In this document: one piece after another, positions 59,088-64,000 of the stretch
How the letters are laid out: each line of letters starts with the position of its first letter
Position numbering within the stretch: the stretch's first letter is position 1
NCBI GenBank assembly: GCA_024277525.1
Contig: JAJRUZ010000021.1
Coordinates: 6,480-70,479 of the forward strand
Length of the DNA: 64,000 nt
Direction: 5' to 3'
Source of the DNA: a candidate division WOR-3 bacterium
Lineage (GTDB): Bacteria > Hydrothermota > Hydrothermia > Hydrothermales > JAJRUZ01
Program-made: the position numbers and the translations under genes
Notes under the pieces: generated by a model
Told to the model about the DNA's origin: nothing
The model's database searches: none
What the model saw: the letters and a program-made list of their open reading frames with translations, nothing else

Positions 59088-60226
59088 TGGATTTATTTTT
59101 TACTATTTTTTTGATAACTGTCTCTCCTGATTCTACGAAATGTTTTTTATGTCACAGTGAAATAAGGGCTCAATATAAGAACAGTGTTCATTATAGTGAA
59201 GAGATAATTTGTAGTGATTGTCACGGAGGAAATTCTTTTACCACTGATATGAAAAAGGCTCACGGAGGAAACTTCATAGGGATCCCCGGAAAAAGAAAAA
59301 TACTTAAAGTGTGTTCAAATTGTCACTCATCAGCAGATAAAATGGCTCCTTATGGAGTCCCTTTTAATCAGGAAGCACTTTATTTGATGTCTGCTCACGG
59401 TAAGTTGCTCTTAAAAGGTAAGAATATTCAAAATATTCCTGTATGTTCGGATTGTCATGATTATCATGATGTGAGAAAGGTCAGTGATAAATATTCACCT
59501 GCAAATAAAATGAATATTCATAAAACCTGCGGAGTCTGTCATGAGAGTGAGGAAAAAAAGTATAAAAACAGTATTCATTACTACTATTTGATCCAAAAAG
59601 GAGATTTAAGTTCTCCTACCTGTATTGATTGTCACGGAAGTCACGGTGCATATCCTCCGGGTTATAAAGATATTGATAAAATATGCGGAAAATGTCATCA
59701 GCTTGTGAGAAAGTATTTTATAAGCGGTATTCATTACAAACCTTTTATAGAGACCGGTCTGAAAGAATGTGAAGCATGTCACGGTAATCACGAAGTTAAA
59801 GAAAAGTCGTTGGAGCTTTGGGATAGAACATGCACGGGTTGTCATTCCGAAAAAGAAGAGGCAATAAGGGTTTCTCAGGAGATTAAAATTTTTCTTAAAG
59901 AAACATATGAAAGTTATGAAGAGGCAAATGAATGGGTAAAAAAAATAGAGAAAATACCGCTTGAAGTTGTTGATTTAAAAAACAGGTTGGAAGATGCAAG
60001 AATAGATATGGAAGCGAATCTCGGAATTACCCATCTTTTCTCCGTAGAGGAGGTTAAAAAAGAAATAGAAAAATATAAGGGAGTATTTGACGATGTGAAA
60101 CATGAAGCAGTTTACAAATTCAAGTTGTTTCAGACGAGGTATCTTCTTATCCCGATTTTATGGTTTATGATTTTTGTAACAATATTCTTAATAATAGAGG
60201 TCAGAAGAGGCGTGAAGAAAGAATGA
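59084..60226 (+). CDS. Nonaheme c-type cytochrome with C-terminal TM anchor
   Basis: 380 aa. Nine CxxCH: CFLCH, CSDCH, CSNCH, CSDCH, CGVCH, CIDCH, CGKCH, CEACH, CTGCH. C-terminal helix LLIPILWFMIFVTIFLIIEV. Start ATGA overlaps the cytochrome b stop. Confidence 0.8.
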   Translation: MMDLFFTIFLITVSPDSTKCFLCHSEIRAQYKNSVHYSEEIICSDCHGGNSFTTDMKKAHGGNFIGIPGKRKILKVCSNCHSSADKMAPYGVPFNQEALYLMSAHGKLLLKGKNIQNIPVCSDCHDYHDVRKVSDKYSPANKMNIHKTCGVCHESEEKKYKNSIHYYYLIQKGDLSSPTCIDCHGSHGAYPPGYKDIDKICGKCHQLVRKYFISGIHYKPFIETGLKECEACHGNHEVKEKSLELWDRTCTGCHSEKEEAIRVSQEIKIFLKETYESYEEANEWVKKIEKIPLEVVDLKNRLEDARIDMEANLGITHLFSVEEVKKEIEKYKGVFDDVKHEAVYKFKLFQTRYLLIPILWFMIFVTIFLIIEVRRGVKKE

Positions 60227-61916
60227 GAATTATTTCTATCAGGAAATTTTCTCCTTATTTGCTTACTTTCTTTGTTTTAATAGCGACACTTTTTGTTGTT
60301 GTTATTTTTATGTTTCAAGTTACTTCTCAGCCTGCTTTTTGCGGTTCCTGTCATGTTATGAGACCTTATTATGAATCATGGAAAACTTCGACTCATAACG
60401 GTATACCATGTGTGGAGTGTCATATCCCGCCCGGAATTACATCCGAATTCAGGAAAAATATGAAGCCCTTGCAATGGTGGCAAGGTACTTCACCGGGACT
60501 TACGGAACAAACCCTTGGACAGAGGTTGAGGATGCAGCTTGTTTGAGATGTCATGAAAAAAGGCTACTTTCCGGAAAGGTCATTTTTAAAAATGTTTTAT
60601 TTGACCATTCTCCGCATTTAACACAGTTAAGAAGGGGGAAGAAGCTGAGATGTACTTCCTGTCATTCACAAATTGTTCAGGGAGCTCATATTAAGGTAAC
60701 AGAGGGTACATGTTTTTTATGTCATTTTAAAGAAGCGGAACTCGGAAAAGGAACCGCAAGATGTACAATCTGTCATGAAACCCCGAAAAAAGAAATAAAA
60801 ATAGGAACCTTTTCTTTTAATCATTCGGATGTGGTGAAGTATGATATGGATTGTTTGATGTGCCATGCACATTCGGTGGAAGGGGAAGGGAATGTACCGA
60901 AAGAGAGGTGCTTTACATGTCACAATGAACCGGAAAGAGTAGCCGAATATGGAAAAATAACCGAATTACATCAAATTCATGTTACAGAACATAAAGTGGA
61001 GTGTTTAAACTGTCATCAGGAGATTTATCACGGTCCGCCCAAAGAAATAGAGGAGGTTGTGAAAACTCCTTGCAGTTCATGCCATTTGAGGGGACATTCT
61101 CCTCAAAAAGACCTTTACATGGGAATAGGAGGGAAAGGTGTAACTCCTTTGCCTTCTGTTATGTTTCTTTCGGGTGTGAGATGTGAAGGATGTCATATTC
61201 TTGAAGCAGATAAAACCGGAATTAAAAAATCAGGACCCTTTTCATGTATGAACTGTCACGGAGCTTCTTATTATAAGATATATTTAGAATGGAAAAAGGC
61301 GATTGAAGAAAGAGTTAAAAAGACAGAAGAAATTTTAAAAAAGGCGAAGAAAATTATAGGAACTTCAAAATTATTGAATGATGCCTATTACAATCTTAAC
61401 CTTGTTAAAAAAGGACACGGAATTCATAATGTTTTATACTCAGAAATGTTGCTCTCAAAATCAATTGAGTTTGTGAATGAGGAATTAAAGAAAAAGGGTA
61501 AAAAACCCTTTGAAAAACCTTTTAGAACACTTTCTCCTTCTTATAAGGTATGCATAAGGTGTCATTACGGTATTGAAGAAAAAATCAAGGACTTTTTCGG
61601 GATAAAATTTAAACATTATGTTCATGTTTCGGGCAAAAAATTTGATTGTTTGGTTTGTCATAATGAAAATCCTGAAGGAAAACCCCATATGATGACCAAA
61701 TTTAAAACAAAAAAAGATTGCTTTAAATGTCATCATAGGAAAAAGATAAAGAGAAAATGCATAAGCTGTCATACCGACATTTTAAAAAGGGCTTTAGCTT
61801 TTAAAGATAAAAAATTTTCCCACAGTTTACATTATAAAGAGATGGATATCTCATGCAATGATTGTCATTCGGAATCCGGAGCATTAAAGAAGAATTTCTG
61901 CACAGAATGTCATTAA
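60223..61916 (+). pseudogene. NapC/NirT(NrfH)-type membrane-anchored multiheme cytochrome c with ~18 CxxCH, split by a frameshift between ~60408 and 60546 (authentic or sequencing error)
   Basis: N-terminal part (ATG 60223, ATGA overlap with the upstream stop) encodes TM helix + FCGSCHVMRPYYESWKTSTHNGIPCVECH, typical of the NapC/NirT N-terminus, then ends at 60546. The remaining 16 CxxCH motifs continue from 60408 in a different frame. Both frames are open across the junction, which contains homopolymers (aaaaa, ccc). Confidence 0.7.
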
Positions 61917-61931
61917 AAAGGAGGAATAAAA

Positions 61932-62372
61932 ATGGATAAAAAAATGACACGAAGAAAATTTCTTGGAAAATTAGTAGCAGGAATCTTGGGTGGAACAATT
62001 GCTTTATTTACCGCACCGATAGCATTTTATCTTTTACCCAAAAAGGAGAAGAAAAAACTTAACATTTTTGTTGATCCCAAGGGCAATCCTATACCGGAGA
62101 GTTCGATAAAGGAAGGAGATTATGAGCTCGGACTTTCTGATGAAGGTCCTGTTATAATAGTGAGAAGGGAGGGTGTATTATATGCTTTTTCTGCCGTATG
62201 TACACACTTAGGATGTATAGTAAAGTGGATTCCATCCAGGAATGAATTTTTATGTCCCTGTCATGCAGGAAGATTTGATGCGAACGGTGCGGTAATTTCC
62301 GGTCCTCCTCCGGCTCCCCTTAAAAGGTACAAAATTGAAATCACATCCGAGGGTTTTATAATACTTTCTTAA
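61932..62372 (+). CDS. Rieske [2Fe-2S] iron-sulfur protein (Tat signal)
   Basis: 146 aa. MDKKMTRRKFLGKL twin-arginine motif. Box I CTHLGC, box II CPCHAG. Confidence 0.85.
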   Translation: MDKKMTRRKFLGKLVAGILGGTIALFTAPIAFYLLPKKEKKKLNIFVDPKGNPIPESSIKEGDYELGLSDEGPVIIVRREGVLYAFSAVCTHLGCIVKWIPSRNEFLCPCHAGRFDANGAVISGPPPAPLKRYKIEITSEGFIILS

Positions 62373-62392
62373 ATTTCATCCGGAGGAATAAA

Positions 62393-63445
62393 ATGAACAA
62401 AATATTAAAAGCAATAGATGAGAGGTTGAAATTGTCAGAACTTTATGAAAAATACCTTTCGGGATATATGGTTCCCGGAAATCTCAATTTTTGGTATTGT
62501 TTAGGCTCTGTGCTTATTGTGATATTCTCAATTCAGATTATAACGGGTATTTTGCTTTTGATGTATTACATTCCTTCTGTTGATAAGGCATTTGAAAGCG
62601 TCATGTATATTACGAACAAGGTACCTTTCGGATGGCTTATAAGAAGGGTTCATGCCGTGGGTGCGAATCTCTTTGTTCTCGTTCTTTTCTTTCACATGTT
62701 TTCGGTATTGATAATGGGTTCTTATAAAAAACCGCGGGAAATTCACTGGATAACGGGTTGTCTTCTTTTTGCACTTGTTCTCGTAGAGTGTTTATCCGGT
62801 TATCTCTTACCTTGGAGTCAATTGTCCTATTGGGCAACAACCGTAGCAACGAACTTTCCGGGTGCATTCCCTTTCATAGGTGATTTTCTTGTTTATGTAA
62901 TAAGGGGAGGGGAGAAGGTTACCCAGCTTACACTCGGAAGGTTCTTTTCAATTCATGTATCTTTGATTCCGTTTACAATTTTTATTTTGATAGCAATTCA
63001 TATATTTGTGATAAGAAGGACAGGTATTTCCTTTCCTCCGGGGACGGACGAGACCAAGGTTAAAAAAATTCCGTTTTTCCCGCATTTTGTGCTCGAAGAT
63101 TTAAAGGTAATCTATATATTTCTTGCGATTATGTTTTTGATTGTTTTCTTTTATCCGCAATTTGTTTTGCCGAGAGATGCTTTGATACCCGCTGATCCCC
63201 TCTCAACTCCGGAACATATAAAACCCGAATGGTATTTTCTTGCAAATTATCAATTTTTAAAATTGATTCCGAATGAATTTCTCGGTATCTTTCTTCAACT
63301 TATAATTGCTGTTATCATTTTTTTACTCCCTTTTATTGACAGAACACCCGAAAGGAGAATATGGAAAAGACCGGTATTTTTCGGAATCGTAATATTTGGT
63401 ATAATTTTTTATGTCCTGCTAACAATATGGGGGTATATATCATGA
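62393..63445 (+). CDS. Cytochrome b (bc1/b6-type), canonical copy
   Basis: 350 aa. Both His pairs present (RRVHAVGA...FFHMF; FSIHVSLIP...AIHIFVIRR). PREIHWITG, LPWSQLSYWATTVATN, PEWYFL. Confidence 0.9.
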   Translation: MNKILKAIDERLKLSELYEKYLSGYMVPGNLNFWYCLGSVLIVIFSIQIITGILLLMYYIPSVDKAFESVMYITNKVPFGWLIRRVHAVGANLFVLVLFFHMFSVLIMGSYKKPREIHWITGCLLFALVLVECLSGYLLPWSQLSYWATTVATNFPGAFPFIGDFLVYVIRGGEKVTQLTLGRFFSIHVSLIPFTIFILIAIHIFVIRRTGISFPPGTDETKVKKIPFFPHFVLEDLKVIYIFLAIMFLIVFFYPQFVLPRDALIPADPLSTPEHIKPEWYFLANYQFLKLIPNEFLGIFLQLIIAVIIFLLPFIDRTPERRIWKRPVFFGIVIFGIIFYVLLTIWGYIS

Positions 63446-64000
63446 AAAAAGTAAAATTTTTAATTATTTTATTTTTCATTTTCGGATTTTATGATATCTT
63501 AAATGCAAAAAAGGAGAATGTTTGTATAGAGTGTCATCTTGAAACCGGAGAAGAGAGTTTAATGAAACCTGTGGAAGAATGGAGAAAAAGTGTGCATTCG
63601 GAAAATGGGATTTCATGTCATCATTGCCACGGAGGGGATCCGAATGACGAAGATATAGCAATGGCTCCTGAGGCAGGATTTATTGGTGTTCCCGAATATG
63701 AGGAAATTCCAGAATTTTGCGGGAAATGTCATATAGGAGTTAAGGAGAATTACTTAAAAAGTGCACATGGCAAAACACTTCCGGATGGTCCTAACTGTGT
63801 AACCTGTCATACCGCACATAATCAAAAAAAAGCCGGTGTTTATCTTATCAATAAAGAGTTATGTTCTCAATGTCATTCCTATGAAAGAGCGGAGAAAATA
63901 AAATTTGCCCTTTTGAGCACCGAAAAGACGATATCCTCTCTTTCAAAAAGAATTGATAATTTATGGACAAACGGATTTGATGCTGAGCAGATGAGAAAAA
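63442..64000 (+). CDS. Multiheme c-type cytochrome (at least 5 CxxCH in the visible part), 3' end outside the window
   Basis: ATG at 63442 overlapping the cytochrome b stop (ATGA). Signal peptide MKKVKFLIILFFIFGFYDILNA, then CIECH, CHHCH, CGKCH, CVTCH, CSQCH. Not in the ORF track because it is not closed. Confidence 0.75.
   Translation, partial: MKKVKFLIILFFIFGFYDILNAKKENVCIECHLETGEESLMKPVEEWRKSVHSENGISCHHCHGGDPNDEDIAMAPEAGFIGVPEYEEIPEFCGKCHIGVKENYLKSAHGKTLPDGPNCVTCHTAHNQKKAGVYLINKELCSQCHSYERAEKIKFALLSTEKTISSLSKRIDNLWTNGFDAEQMRK

Noticed and set aside
60408-60546. ORF-track start 'MCGVSYPARNY...' at 60408 as an independent gene start
   Set aside because: It lacks an RBS and lies inside the NapC-type N-terminal ORF. 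The downstream heme-rich sequence is the continuation of the same cytochrome in a shifted frame.

Overview
This window appears to come from a very AT-rich bacterial chromosome that encodes a type IX secretion (T9SS) cargo protein, which points to the FCB superphylum or a candidate-phylum relative. The gene-content annotation is confident. The lineage guess is inference. Coding density is near 90% on both strands.

Features in order:
- 1..2721: beta-oxidation genes (thiolase, acyl-CoA dehydrogenase).
- 2807..3676: a GT9 heptosyltransferase.
- 3702..5069: cysS, a single frame interrupted by an in-frame TAA.
- 5192..7408: a BNR-repeat protein with a T9SS C-terminal sorting domain.
- 7428..7501: tRNA-Ile(GAU).
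- 7524..11702: an outer-membrane protein, dcd, and a membrane-anchored class III adenylate cyclase.
- 11737..15500: a cobalamin riboswitch in front of a TonB-dependent receptor and a BtuF/BtuC-like importer.
- 15600..24067: one long minus-strand operon, in transcription order mpgS, mpgP (mannosylglycerate synthesis), a GH38 alpha-mannosidase and a four-gene sugar ABC importer.
- 24109..29896: a TetR-regulated RND efflux operon (TetR, TolC-like channel, adaptor, AcrB-like pump).
- 30508..36506: nth, then porin-pstSCAB-phoU.
- 36611..38439: a type II restriction-modification pair inserted between the pst operon and a PhoR/PhoB-like two-component system.
- 38445..43308: that two-component system, then a BatA-like double-transmembrane protein and a DUF58 protein.
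- 43305..49825: orphan cheB-cheD followed by two large repeat proteins.
- 49828..52257: secDF.

The most striking region is 52410..64000. It is a dense electron-transport supercluster with at least 44 CxxCH heme-binding motifs in about 11.5 kb. It holds a tetraheme cytochrome, an octaheme cytochrome with an NrfC-like Tat-exported 4x[4Fe-4S] subunit and an NrfD-like membrane subunit, and two tandem Rieske/cytochrome b modules. One Rieske/cytochrome b module is canonical. The other has lost its Rieske ligands and one heme-b histidine. The cluster also contains a nonaheme cytochrome, an approximately 18-heme NapC/NirT-type cytochrome that carries a frameshift, and a further multiheme cytochrome that runs off the window.

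Three genes are interrupted: cysS and a LivK-like gene each by an in-frame TAA at a likely Glu codon, and the 18-heme cytochrome by a frameshift. These could be sequencing or assembly errors or genuine pseudogenes. No CRISPR array, rRNA, transposase or integrase was seen.
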